DNA from: an uncultured Gammaproteobacteria bacterium
Lineage (GTDB): Bacteria > Pseudomonadota > Gammaproteobacteria > SG8-11
DNA length: 62,222 bases
Reading direction: 5' to 3'
NCBI GenBank assembly: GCA_964532385.1
Contig: CAZHHW010000005.1
Span: 1-62,222 of the forward strand
A program made the translations under genes and the position numbers. This document shows positions 50,062-58,895 of this stretch, piece by piece. The notes beneath the pieces were generated by a model, which was not told the DNA's origin, made no database searches, and was given only the letters and a program-made list of their open reading frames with translations. Each line of letters begins with the position of its first letter. Position 1 is the first letter of the stretch.

Positions 50062-50204
50062 GAAATCCAGGGGCCGGTGGTCATGTAAAAAAACCTATTC
50101 TACTCTAAAAGTATTTCGTCACCGCCGAGCAAAACCCGAGGGTGATATGGGTATAACGGCAGGCCATCGCACATCATCAGTTGATTGTTTCGCCCTTACA
50201 CCAT

Positions 50205-50930
50205 TTACATGCGAAAGTCATGACCTAAGTAAACTTCCTTGACCTTTTCATTTTGCAGGATTTCATCGGGCGTACCCGCGCTCATCAGCTCCCCGGCATT
50301 CATAATGTAGGCGCGCTTGCAGATGCCCAGCGTCTCGCGCACATTGTGATCGGTGATCAAAATACCAATCCCGCGTTCGCTCAAGTGGGTGATTATTTTC
50401 TGGATATCGATGACAGACAAGGGATCGACACCGGCGAACGGTTCGTCGAGCAACATGAACTTAGGCTCGGTGGCCAACGCGCGCGCAATTTCGGTGCGGC
50501 GGCGTTCACCGCCGGAAAGACTGAGGCCTAACGTGTCGCGCACATGCGCAATATGCAACTCTTCCAGCAACTCTTCCTGCATGGCAACGCGCCGCGGTTT
50601 GCTCAGGTCGCGGCGAGTCTGCAAGATGCCCATGATGTTATCCGCCACCGACAGTTTACGGAATACCGATGCTTCTTGCGGCAAATAGCCAATACCTAAT
50701 TGCGCACGGACATGCAACGGAAAACGGCTGATGTCGTTGTCGTCGAGCAAAATCTTGCCGCGATCGCAGGGAATCAAGCCCACGATCATGTAAAACGAAG
50801 TTGTTTTGCCGGCGCCGTTCGGGCCGAGCAGTCCAACCACTTCGCCCGGCTGCACGTCCAGGGACATGGTTTTGACCACGTCGCGTCCGTGATAGCGCTT
50901 GGCGATGTCTTGAACCGATAGCGTGCTCAC
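50205..50930 (-). CDS. lptB: LPS export ABC transporter ATP-binding protein
   Basis: [25 protein letters not shown]; position between lptA and rpoN. Confidence 0.93.
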   Translation of the reverse strand: MSTLSVQDIAKRYHGRDVVKTMSLDVQPGEVVGLLGPNGAGKTTSFYMIVGLIPCDRGKILLDDNDISRFPLHVRAQLGIGYLPQEASVFRKLSVADNIMGILQTRRDLSKPRRVAMQEELLEELHIAHVRDTLGLSLSGGERRRTEIARALATEPKFMLLDEPFAGVDPLSVIDIQKIITHLSERGIGILITDHNVRETLGICKRAYIMNAGELMSAGTPDEILQNEKVKEVYLGHDFRM

Positions 50931-51442
50931 GGTGGGGTGGTTTTCGGTGCTTCTTTGGGATGGATGACAACGTGGACGCGTTCGCCCGGGTTGGCGCCTT
51001 TGCCGGCTTTGACGGTTTCGTTGTTGACATTGTAACGAATGAAATTGCCGGTAAATTCGTTGCTGTCCTGATGCAGTTTGGCATTGTCGTTGATGAGCAC
51101 TTCGCCGTTCAGGGCATCGTATTCCATGCGTAGACCCTCGCCGGTGATTTCTTTACTGGTGGGGCTGGCCGCTTGATGCAGATGCACCGGCGCACCGGTT
51201 GCGATTACTTTTTTCAAATCCTGCTTGTCGCGATAGACGCTCATTTTATCGGCGGTGATCGTCATGACGCCGCGGGTTAGCTTTACATTGCCGATGTAGA
51301 CGCTGATGCCTTGCTTGTCGTCGATGTCGACCTGATCCGCCTCAAGATAAATGGACGCGGCGGGCGCCGGAGGCGCGGCAGAAAAGGCGCAGGTTGAGAC
51401 TAATAGGAAGGCGGCCGGTAATAACAAATCAGCGTGACGCAT
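50927..51442 (-). CDS. lptA: LPS transport periplasmic protein LptA
   Basis: Signal peptide, OstA-like repeats; 4-nt overlap with lptB. Confidence 0.85.
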   Translation of the reverse strand: MRHADLLLPAAFLLVSTCAFSAAPPAPAASIYLEADQVDIDDKQGISVYIGNVKLTRGVMTITADKMSVYRDKQDLKKVIATGAPVHLHQAASPTSKEITGEGLRMEYDALNGEVLINDNAKLHQDSNEFTGNFIRYNVNNETVKAGKGANPGERVHVVIHPKEAPKTTPP

Positions 51443-52007
51443 AAGTGCCTTTGACCTGGGAAAGTAATTGCAGGCGTCCCTCGCTCATGTTCACCCGCAT
51501 ACCAACCGAACGGGTGATATTGAGCGGATCTTGCACCGTGACGTGTTCACGGGTTTCGGCCACTTTGTCGTACGGATGGAGCAAAACATTGCGAGTGGCC
51601 AGGCGCAGTTCGGCTTGCGTTGACGACGCGGGGCGCTCGATGCTAACCGCGCCGTTTAAATGAATTTCGGTGTTATTCGCCGTTACTGTGCCTTCCTCGG
51701 CAAGCAGCGTCCACGGCACGCGTTCACGGCTGAAAAAACGCACTTGCGGTTTCATCAAATGCGCGCTGTCGTCATCGGGAAAGTGTTGCATGGATTCCGC
51801 TTGCAGGCGGTAACGGGTGGCGCCGGTAGCCTCCATTTCGGTCACGGTGAAGGTTTCCATGGTGTAGTCGGGATCATGCCGCACGGTGGGTTCGGTCAGG
51901 CTGGCGGTAGGTTCGACCAAGTGTTGCAACCACCACGTGAACGTCGCCGCCGTTGCGAGCCCAATCAGCCACAGCAGTGCTTTGAAGATGGGCGCAAAGC
52001 GGTTCAT
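51429..52007 (-). CDS. lptC: LPS export system protein LptC
   Basis: N-terminal TM anchor; position between kdsC and lptA. Confidence 0.8.
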   Translation of the reverse strand: MNRFAPIFKALLWLIGLATAATFTWWLQHLVEPTASLTEPTVRHDPDYTMETFTVTEMEATGATRYRLQAESMQHFPDDDSAHLMKPQVRFFSRERVPWTLLAEEGTVTANNTEIHLNGAVSIERPASSTQAELRLATRNVLLHPYDKVAETREHVTVQDPLNITRSVGMRVNMSEGRLQLLSQVKGTYASR

Positions 52008-52531
52008 GCGCCCAAGTATTCATTGAGTTTGGAGGCCAGTTTGTGCTGGGCTTCCATGATCAGCTCGCAGGCATCGCGTGCCGCACCGTGGCCGCCCGGT
52101 TGCGAGGTTTGCCAGTGGGCATGCTTTTTAACCCACGTGTGCGCATCGGCCACTGCGATCGCCAGCCCCACTTGCCGCATCACCGGCAGGTCCACCACGT
52201 CATCGCCGACGTATGCGATCTGTTCGGCGTGCAGCGCAAGTTTGGTTTTCAAATCCGCATAGGCGACGAGCTTGTCTTTTTGGCCTTGGTACACGTGTTC
52301 GATGCCGAGGCTTGCCATCCGATGCGTTACCACCTCGGAGCTGCGCCCGGTAATGATGCCGATGCGCACGCCGGTCTCCTGCAACATTTTCATGCCGTGT
52401 CCATCGCGCGAATGAAACGCTTTATATTCTGTGCCGCGATCATCGAGAATCAAACGGCCGTCGGTGAGCACGCCATCGACATCAAAAATCACCAGGCGGA
52501 TTTTCTGTGCGCGTTCGAGGATGTCTTGCAT
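52004..52531 (-). CDS. kdsC: 3-deoxy-D-manno-octulosonate 8-phosphate phosphatase
   Basis: IRLVIFDVDGVLTDG HAD motif, GDD..DLPVM. Confidence 0.9.
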   Translation of the reverse strand: MQDILERAQKIRLVIFDVDGVLTDGRLILDDRGTEYKAFHSRDGHGMKMLQETGVRIGIITGRSSEVVTHRMASLGIEHVYQGQKDKLVAYADLKTKLALHAEQIAYVGDDVVDLPVMRQVGLAIAVADAHTWVKKHAHWQTSQPGGHGAARDACELIMEAQHKLASKLNEYLGA

Positions 52532-52535
52532 GAGG

Positions 52536-53588
52536 TCAAACGACTCCCGCACGGAGCAGGTCGTGCATGTTGAGCGCACCGACCAGTTGGTTGTGTTCGT
52601 CGGTGACCAGAATCTGGTTGATGCGCCTTGCCTGCATTTGCTGCAATGCTTCGGCGGCCAGCAAGTGTGCCTGTGTGGTTTTCGGATGACGCGACATCAG
52701 CGTGCTAATGCGTGTGGTATGTACATCGAGCTTGTTGTTGTCGAAGACGCGCCGTAAATCGCCGTCGGTAAAAATCCCAAGCAGGGTATTTTGCGCGTCG
52801 ACAATCGCAGTCATGCCCATGCCTTTGTTGGTCATTTCGACCAGCGCGGCGCTCAAGGTGGCATCGGCATCGACGCGTGGAATTTCCGCGCCGGTATGCA
52901 TCAGATCGCTCACGTGCAGCAGCAGCCGCCGTCCCAGGCGCCCGCCCGGGTGGGAGCGCGCGAAATCCTCGGGAGTGAAGCCGCGTGCTTCGAGCAGTGC
53001 GACGGCAAGTGCATCCCCCATGGCCAAGGTGGCAGTGGTGCTGGAGGTCGGCGCAAGCCCGAGCGGGCAGGCTTCCTGCGCGACGGCGACGTTGATATGC
53101 ACACTGGCATGTTTTGCAACGCTCGATTGCGGATTGCCGGTGAGAGCGATCAAAGGCACGTTCAAGCGTTTGAGAATCGGCAGCAGGGTCAGGATTTCTT
53201 CGGTTTCACCCGAATTGGATAATGCGAGCACCACATCCTGGACGGTAATCATGCCCAGATCGCCGTGGCTGGCTTCGCCGGGGTGCACGAAAAAAGCGGG
53301 AGTGCCGGTGCTTGCCAGGGTAGCGGCGATTTTGCCGCCGATATGGCCGGACTTGCCCATGCCCAAAACCACAATGCGCCCGGTGCAATGCAACATGAGC
53401 TCGCAGGCATGCGCGAAATTATCGTCAACACCTGCAACCAGCGCGGCAACGGCGCGCGCTTCGATATCGAGTACCGCTTTGCCCAATGCGCGCATGCGGG
53501 CGCGATGTTCAGCCGGGTCGAGGGTTGTCATTTTAGCGGACTTCGATAACGGCATCGCGGGCGTAGTTGGTTTTTTTGAGATGCTCAA
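52536..53588 (-). CDS. kdsD: Arabinose-5-phosphate isomerase
   Basis: SIS domain GMGKSGHIGGKIAATLASTGTPAFF plus tandem CBS domains. Start ambiguous (53588/53555/53531). Confidence 0.9.
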   Translation of the reverse strand: MSISKKPTTPAMPLSKSAKMTTLDPAEHRARMRALGKAVLDIEARAVAALVAGVDDNFAHACELMLHCTGRIVVLGMGKSGHIGGKIAATLASTGTPAFFVHPGEASHGDLGMITVQDVVLALSNSGETEEILTLLPILKRLNVPLIALTGNPQSSVAKHASVHINVAVAQEACPLGLAPTSSTTATLAMGDALAVALLEARGFTPEDFARSHPGGRLGRRLLLHVSDLMHTGAEIPRVDADATLSAALVEMTNKGMGMTAIVDAQNTLLGIFTDGDLRRVFDNNKLDVHTTRISTLMSRHPKTTQAHLLAAEALQQMQARRINQILVTDEHNQLVGALNMHDLLRAGVV

Positions 53589-53606
53589 GGATAAGCTCGT
53601 ACGCGG

Positions 53607-54464
53607 TTATTTGAAATAATATTCCAAAGCGATGCCGGCAAAAATGGCCGCGCCCAGCCAATTGTTGTTCAGAAATGCCTTGAAATATTGTGTTTCGCTA
53701 CGGCGATACAATAAGAATTGCTGGTAAAGCGCGAAGGCGGCGGCAACGCCTAAGCCGGTGTTGTAATACAGGCCAAAGGTTAATTGCCGGCCGATCAGAA
53801 TCATGACCACCAGAAATGTCACTTGCAGGATGGCGATCATCAAGGTGTCGAAAGTGCCAAATAAAATTGCCGTGGATTTCACGCCGATGCGGATGTCGTC
53901 GGGACGATCGACCATGGCATACATGGTGTCGTAGGCTGTGGCCCACAGTACATTTGCGATCAGCAGCAGCCACGCGATTTTCGGCACGCTGCCGGTTTGC
54001 GCGGCAAACGCCATGGGAATTGCCCATCCAAAGGCCAGACCAAGAAATGCTTGCGGCAAATAAGTATGGCGCTTCATAAAGGGGTACACCGCTGCGAGCA
54101 CGGCCCCGATCACCGACAAACCGATGGTCAAAAAATTAGTGAGCACGACGAGGCCGAAGGCTGTGAGGGACAGCAGTACGAACAGTATCAAGGCTTCACC
54201 GGGTTGAACCAATCCTGCGGGAATCGGGCGCAATTGAGTGCGTGTCACTTCCGGATCGATATGGCGATCCGCATAGTCGTTGATCACGCAGCCGGCGGAA
54301 CGCATCAGCACCACGCCACTTACAAATACAGCAAGCACGAGCGGATGAGGGTCGCCTGCGCTAGCAATCCATAATGCCCACAGCATCGGCCACAACAGCA
54401 GAAAAATGCCGATTGGCTTGTTCAGGCGCATCAGTACAGCGTAATTTTTCAGACGTGCAAACAT
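53607..54464 (-). CDS. ubiA: 4-hydroxybenzoate polyprenyltransferase
   Basis: [25 protein letters not shown] Asp-rich motif, [12 protein letters not shown]. Confidence 0.9.
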   Translation of the reverse strand: MFARLKNYAVLMRLNKPIGIFLLLWPMLWALWIASAGDPHPLVLAVFVSGVVLMRSAGCVINDYADRHIDPEVTRTQLRPIPAGLVQPGEALILFVLLSLTAFGLVVLTNFLTIGLSVIGAVLAAVYPFMKRHTYLPQAFLGLAFGWAIPMAFAAQTGSVPKIAWLLLIANVLWATAYDTMYAMVDRPDDIRIGVKSTAILFGTFDTLMIAILQVTFLVVMILIGRQLTFGLYYNTGLGVAAAFALYQQFLLYRRSETQYFKAFLNNNWLGAAIFAGIALEYYFK

Positions 54465-54471
54465 GGCGGTT

Positions 54472-54876
54472 TTATTGGTCGTCCTGGCTGCGGCGTGTAA
54501 ATCGAATGATGGCGCGCCGGTCTTTTTTGCTGGGTCGGCCCTGATGGCCCTGATGCAGTATAGCTTGTTGACGGCGCAGCTCGGATTGTTGCGCACGCGT
54601 CAGTGCGCTGGCTGCGGTTTCTTCGTACATTCGCTGCGCACTTGTGGCCGGTCCACGCTGGCTGCGTAGTTCCATCACTTTGACTTCGAAGGTCACTTCG
54701 CCAGTACGAATCTTCAGTAACATGCCCACGCGCATGCTGCGGCTGGGTTTGGAACGTTCACCATTGATTTCCACTTTGCCGCTATTAATCGCGGCGGTGG
54801 CCAACGCGCGTGTTTTAAAAAAGCGTGCGGCCCACAGCCATTTGTCGAGACGAAGATCGGTATCGTTTTCGGACAT
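54472..54876 (-). CDS. hslR: Ribosome-associated heat shock protein Hsp15 (S4 domain)
   Basis: [25 protein letters not shown]. Confidence 0.88.
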   Translation of the reverse strand: MSENDTDLRLDKWLWAARFFKTRALATAAINSGKVEINGERSKPSRSMRVGMLLKIRTGEVTFEVKVMELRSQRGPATSAQRMYEETAASALTRAQQSELRRQQAILHQGHQGRPSKKDRRAIIRFTRRSQDDQ

Positions 54877-54949
54877 GAGTGGCGCAGTAGTTTTTAAGAG
54901 CAGGAATTATGCAGGAGTACGCGCGTGCGGCAAATCGAAGGGCGAGATT

Positions 54950-55795
54950 CTAAGTCAGATCGATGTCGGGGGGCAGTGCGATTTCCATCGCGATCGGCAG
55001 ATGATCGGAAAAACGATGTCCCAACACGTGGACATCGCGAACTTCGAGGGAGGGCGTAACTAGAATGTGGTCGATGGTACGGGCAGGGCGCCAGCTGGGG
55101 AAGGTTTTCAGACTGTGGATCGGCTCGCATAGGTTGGTCTTGCGTAACAGGCTGCGCATTTCCGGACTGGAAGGCTGGCAATTCATGTCGCCCATGACGA
55201 CCACATGTTTGTAATTTTTTACGATTTCGCCGACGCTCGAAAATTGGCGAGAGCGTGCGCGCTGGCTCAGCGCGAGATGCAAAATCACCAGCACCAGCGG
55301 ATTGCGTTCACTGCCAAAGCGCACCATCAAGGCGCCGCGACCGGGGATTAAGCCGGGGAGTTTGTAGTCGATGACTTCCGCGGGCTTAAAGCGGCTCAGT
55401 AATCCATTGGCATGTTGAGCGAAGCGGCCCAAGTCGCGATTGACTTGATGATGCCAATGCGGAAAGCCGGCGTGTTCCGCCAGATATTCGGTTTGATTAA
55501 TAAAGCTGCTGCGGATGCTGCCGCCATCGGTTTCTTGCAAGGCCACCACGTCGTAGTCGCTGATCAGTTGCGCGATGCGGCGCAGATTTTCATAAATCTG
55601 CGCATGCGGAAAAATATGCTTCCAGCTCATCGTGAAATAGTCACGGAACTGGGTGGAGGCGATACCAACCTGGATGTTGTAACTGAGCAACCGCAAGACT
55701 CGTTTTTCTGCCACAGCGGATTCCGGTGCTGCGTCGTAGTACTTAAGCTGCGGCCTTATCGACATGTCCTGACCTGTGCTGTAGTTATCTCGCAA
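54950..55795 (-). CDS. Endonuclease/exonuclease/phosphatase (EEP) family protein
   Basis: LRLLSYNIQ, ALQE, GDMN, SDHLPI. Start is 55795 or 55765. Confidence 0.8.
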   Translation of the reverse strand: MRDNYSTGQDMSIRPQLKYYDAAPESAVAEKRVLRLLSYNIQVGIASTQFRDYFTMSWKHIFPHAQIYENLRRIAQLISDYDVVALQETDGGSIRSSFINQTEYLAEHAGFPHWHHQVNRDLGRFAQHANGLLSRFKPAEVIDYKLPGLIPGRGALMVRFGSERNPLVLVILHLALSQRARSRQFSSVGEIVKNYKHVVVMGDMNCQPSSPEMRSLLRKTNLCEPIHSLKTFPSWRPARTIDHILVTPSLEVRDVHVLGHRFSDHLPIAMEIALPPDIDLT

Positions 55796-56039
55796 ACTCG
55801 CTGTAGCATGAGCGCTTTCAACGGGTACTTGCGATCTTTTTGTCCCCGCGTGAACGTGTTATGTGTACTGCGTTCCGCGCTGCCAGCGTATTTCGCAATC
55901 AGGGTCGATCCCTTAACGCCGTGCAGTTTTAATATCGTTCCGTCTGGGACAAATCTACAGCAATGATATTAAAAAAGAGTGTGGTCCACGTCGTAGTTCC
56001 TAACAAACGCTTATCAGTTCACTGACTGAATTCGTGAAG

Positions 56040-56678
56040 TTATTTTTTTACTGCGCTTTCTTTCTGAATCAGATAATCCACGACCTTGAATACATTGGCA
56101 TGCGTTTGCACGCCCGGCATGGATGCGCCGACGCGGTATTTACCGTTGACAATAATGGTGGGAACTCCTTTTGCGCCATAGCGTTGACTCATTTCCTGGG
56201 CGCGGCGGACTTTGCTTTCTACCGCGAAAGAACGAAACGCTTTGCGGAAATCATCTTCCTTCACACCGTTCTCGGCAAAAAAAGCAGCCAGTTGATCTTC
56301 GGTTTCAAGTTTCCGCTTCAATTCATGGACAGCCGCAAACAGTGCATCATGAGTCTTGTCAAATACGCCTAAAGCTTCTTCCGTGTAATACGCCCGGCCA
56401 AACAGCGCCCACTCGGGACGAAAGATTCCTGGAATGCGCACGAACTCAACATTTGCGGGCTTGGTTTTCAGCCACTTTTGCACATACGGTTCAAATTGAT
56501 AGCAATGCGGACAACCGTACCAGAATAATTCCACCACCTCGACCTTGTTCCCACTGCTGGTGGGTTGCGGCGGCGTGACCAATTCATAGTGATTAGTTTC
56601 AGTGTATTCCTCTGCGAATAGCGTGGGTGCCGTCACGGCAAGCGCGACTGCCGCGAAGATGGACGCGAATGAATACAT
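56040..56678 (-). CDS. dsbA: Thiol:disulfide interchange protein DsbA
   Basis: Signal peptide; FWYGCPHCYQFEP active site; GVPTIIVNGKY. Confidence 0.92.
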   Translation of the reverse strand: MYSFASIFAAVALAVTAPTLFAEEYTETNHYELVTPPQPTSSGNKVEVVELFWYGCPHCYQFEPYVQKWLKTKPANVEFVRIPGIFRPEWALFGRAYYTEEALGVFDKTHDALFAAVHELKRKLETEDQLAAFFAENGVKEDDFRKAFRSFAVESKVRRAQEMSQRYGAKGVPTIIVNGKYRVGASMPGVQTHANVFKVVDYLIQKESAVKK

Positions 56679-56841
56679 GTTTTATCTCCTTTAAATTTTT
56701 TTGCACGCTAACGTAAACAGAATATGAACGCAACTCAATGCCGGTGCCAGGATTATCGCCGCTGAGAGCAACACTTTGACCCGTAGGGGCGATCCGATAT
56801 GCTACGCGCTGCCAACCTTCATTCTGCGCGAGTATCAAAAC

Positions 56842-57330
56842 ATGACACGGGAACAAATCGATCTGGCGAAATTTTTAAATCAGCAATACCTCTGTGAGTC
56901 ACTGACTATCAAAGAGGTTCAAACCTTGCTCGATTACACCGAGGTGGTGACCTTTAATAAAGGCGACATTATCGCGGACATTGGTCAAGTCGGCGATGCG
57001 CTTTATTTCGCAATGAAAGGCGAAGCTGTGTTGCTGTTTCAGGATGGCGAACAGGAAACCGAGGTTGGCCGGATGAAAGAGGGTGAGCTGATCGGAAACA
57101 TGTCGTTTTTCGACCGTCATCCACGCTCAGTGCGGTTACGTGCCAACAGTGACGACACGCAATTGCTCAAACTGACACGCATTATGTATAACCGCCTGCG
57201 TGTCGAGCACCCTTATATTGCGGTCAATTTTCTCGAGCACGCCATCATCAGTCTTGATCATCTGGTGCGAAGAGTCAGCTCCGATGTCGCCACTTTTACA
57301 CATTACATGTTCGCGCCGGGAAGAAAATAA
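56842..57330 (+). CDS. Stand-alone cyclic-nucleotide-binding domain protein
   Basis: FNKGDIIADIGQVGDALYFAMKGEA, GELIGNMSFFD....RSVRLRA (FGE..RSA-like phosphate-binding cassette). Confidence 0.75.
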   Translation: MTREQIDLAKFLNQQYLCESLTIKEVQTLLDYTEVVTFNKGDIIADIGQVGDALYFAMKGEAVLLFQDGEQETEVGRMKEGELIGNMSFFDRHPRSVRLRANSDDTQLLKLTRIMYNRLRVEHPYIAVNFLEHAIISLDHLVRRVSSDVATFTHYMFAPGRK

Positions 57331-57340
57331 CCAGCTTGCT

Positions 57341-57664
57341 TTACGGATTCCGATTGCTCTGAAAGAACGCCGCGAGGTCTTCCATGTCGGCATCGGTCAG
57401 TGGTTCAGCCATACCATTCATGATGGGGTCCTTGCGTAACCCCGTTTTGAATGCTTTAAGCTGTTTGACAATATACTGCGCATGTTGAGCGGCGAGTACC
57501 GGGTATAACGGATTGGTACTGCGTCCGCCCTTGCCGTGGCAAATCTGACAGGGGATGGCTTTCTCTTTGCCCGCGTCCTTATCGCCGGCAGCCTGTGCGG
57601 AAGCGGCGAAGACCGCGCTCGCGATTAATAATGCTGCCCCAAAGATATCCCCTTTATTGTTCAT
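57341..57664 (-). CDS. Monoheme class I c-type cytochrome
   Basis: Signal peptide, heme site CQICHG, distal Met in PIMNGM. Confidence 0.88.
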   Translation of the reverse strand: MNNKGDIFGAALLIASAVFAASAQAAGDKDAGKEKAIPCQICHGKGGRSTNPLYPVLAAQHAQYIVKQLKAFKTGLRKDPIMNGMAEPLTDADMEDLAAFFQSNRNP

Positions 57665-57802
57665 TCCAGCTCCCCATGATGATTGTGTACAGAATGTTTA
57701 GCGTGCGAGAAGGTTTATTGTAAAGAACGGTAGATGAATCTGTGAATATCCGTCAACCTTGTCTTGACCGCAATGGTTGTCTATCAGGCGATAAAGTTTC
57801 AT

Positions 57803-58441
57803 ATGGTTACTTCATTAAAGAATGCTCGGTTTATTGCGGGTGCGGCGCAATTGCATCAGGCGCCCGCAGACTTCGGTCACGAAGTCGCCTTTGTCGGACG
57901 CTCCAACTCCGGCAAGTCGAGCGCGATTAATGCGCTCACGCACAATGGAAAACTTGCGCGCGTAAGTAAACAACCCGGGCGCACCCAGCAAATTAATTTT
58001 TTTGAAGTCGCGGAATTACAGCGCATTGTGGATCTGCCCGGCTATGGTTTTGCCAAGGCGCCTTTAGAAGTCCGCGAGAGCTGGACTAAATTAATCGAAG
58101 CTTATATTGCTCAGCGCGAATCGTTACGTGGATTGATTTTGGTAGCGGATGCCCGCCGCGGTATCACCGAGCTGGATTGGACGCTGCTGGAATGGTGCCG
58201 CCACGTTGCCGTCCCGGTTCACGTGTTGCTTAGCAAGAGCGACAAACTCAGCCGCAGTGCCGCAGGGCAGGCTTTGTGTAATGTGCGAGATGCTTTGCAT
58301 GGCGCTCATCTGCCTGCCGAACTGCAATTATTTTCTGCCGTCACGGGAGTCGGTTTGCAGCAGGCGCAAGGCGTGGTCACTCACTGGTTGCGGGGCGAAA
58401 AAAACAGGGTCCCGGCTCACCAAGCAGAACCGGAACCCTAA
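57803..58441 (+). CDS. engB: Ribosome biogenesis GTP-binding protein YihA/EngB
   Basis: EVAFVGRSNSGKSSAINAL (G1), DLPGYG (G3), LSKSDK (G4). Confidence 0.9.
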   Translation: MVTSLKNARFIAGAAQLHQAPADFGHEVAFVGRSNSGKSSAINALTHNGKLARVSKQPGRTQQINFFEVAELQRIVDLPGYGFAKAPLEVRESWTKLIEAYIAQRESLRGLILVADARRGITELDWTLLEWCRHVAVPVHVLLSKSDKLSRSAAGQALCNVRDALHGAHLPAELQLFSAVTGVGLQQAQGVVTHWLRGEKNRVPAHQAEPEP

Positions 58442-58619
58442 ACGTCCATAACAAACTGACTGGACTGTGTTCCCGCCCAGGGAGGAGGGGGCGGAGCAGC
58501 GCTACGGATGCGCTACCCTCGATAAGAGCCACCCGGTGAAAAAAAGTTCATGACCGCAAATTGTTCGGCGAAATCGCATAATATGTTGATAGTTAAGCCG
58601 TTAATGTATTCATCGGCAG

Positions 58620-58706
58620 TTACATGGAACCGCTGCCGAAAAATAACAGCAGCATCACTACAGCAGCGAATGCAATCACAAGTTCTCTTTTGCTGGTTTC
58701 GCTCAT
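58620..58706 (-). CDS. Possible 28-aa small membrane protein (below the ORF-track cutoff)
   Basis: Translated by hand: MSETSKRELVIAFAAVVMLLLFFGSGSM. GAGG lies 9 nt upstream of the ATG. The stop is embedded in a CGGCAG/CTGCCG hairpin. Confidence 0.25.
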   Translation of the reverse strand: MSETSKRELVIAFAAVVMLLLFFGSGSM

Positions 58707-58895
58707 AAAATTTAGCCTCGTACGTAACGTAAATAGGTGAAATGACCCCGCCGCATGGGTATTTTGCTGGGGTCATATTGGAAGTTGTGTATTGTTCTAG
58801 AAAAACCATTTGGCCAACAATTCAGTAAGTCGCTTCTGAAATGTGACTTTTTACGGGAGTGTGTTGGAACGTGCTGTGCCGTGAAGAGCGCGCCT

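Noticed and set aside
52702-53619. 305-aa ORF antisense to kdsD
   Set aside because: Same reasoning: the opposite strand encodes a clear SIS+CBS arabinose-5-phosphate isomerase, and the translation is low-complexity Ser/Ala/Arg-rich.
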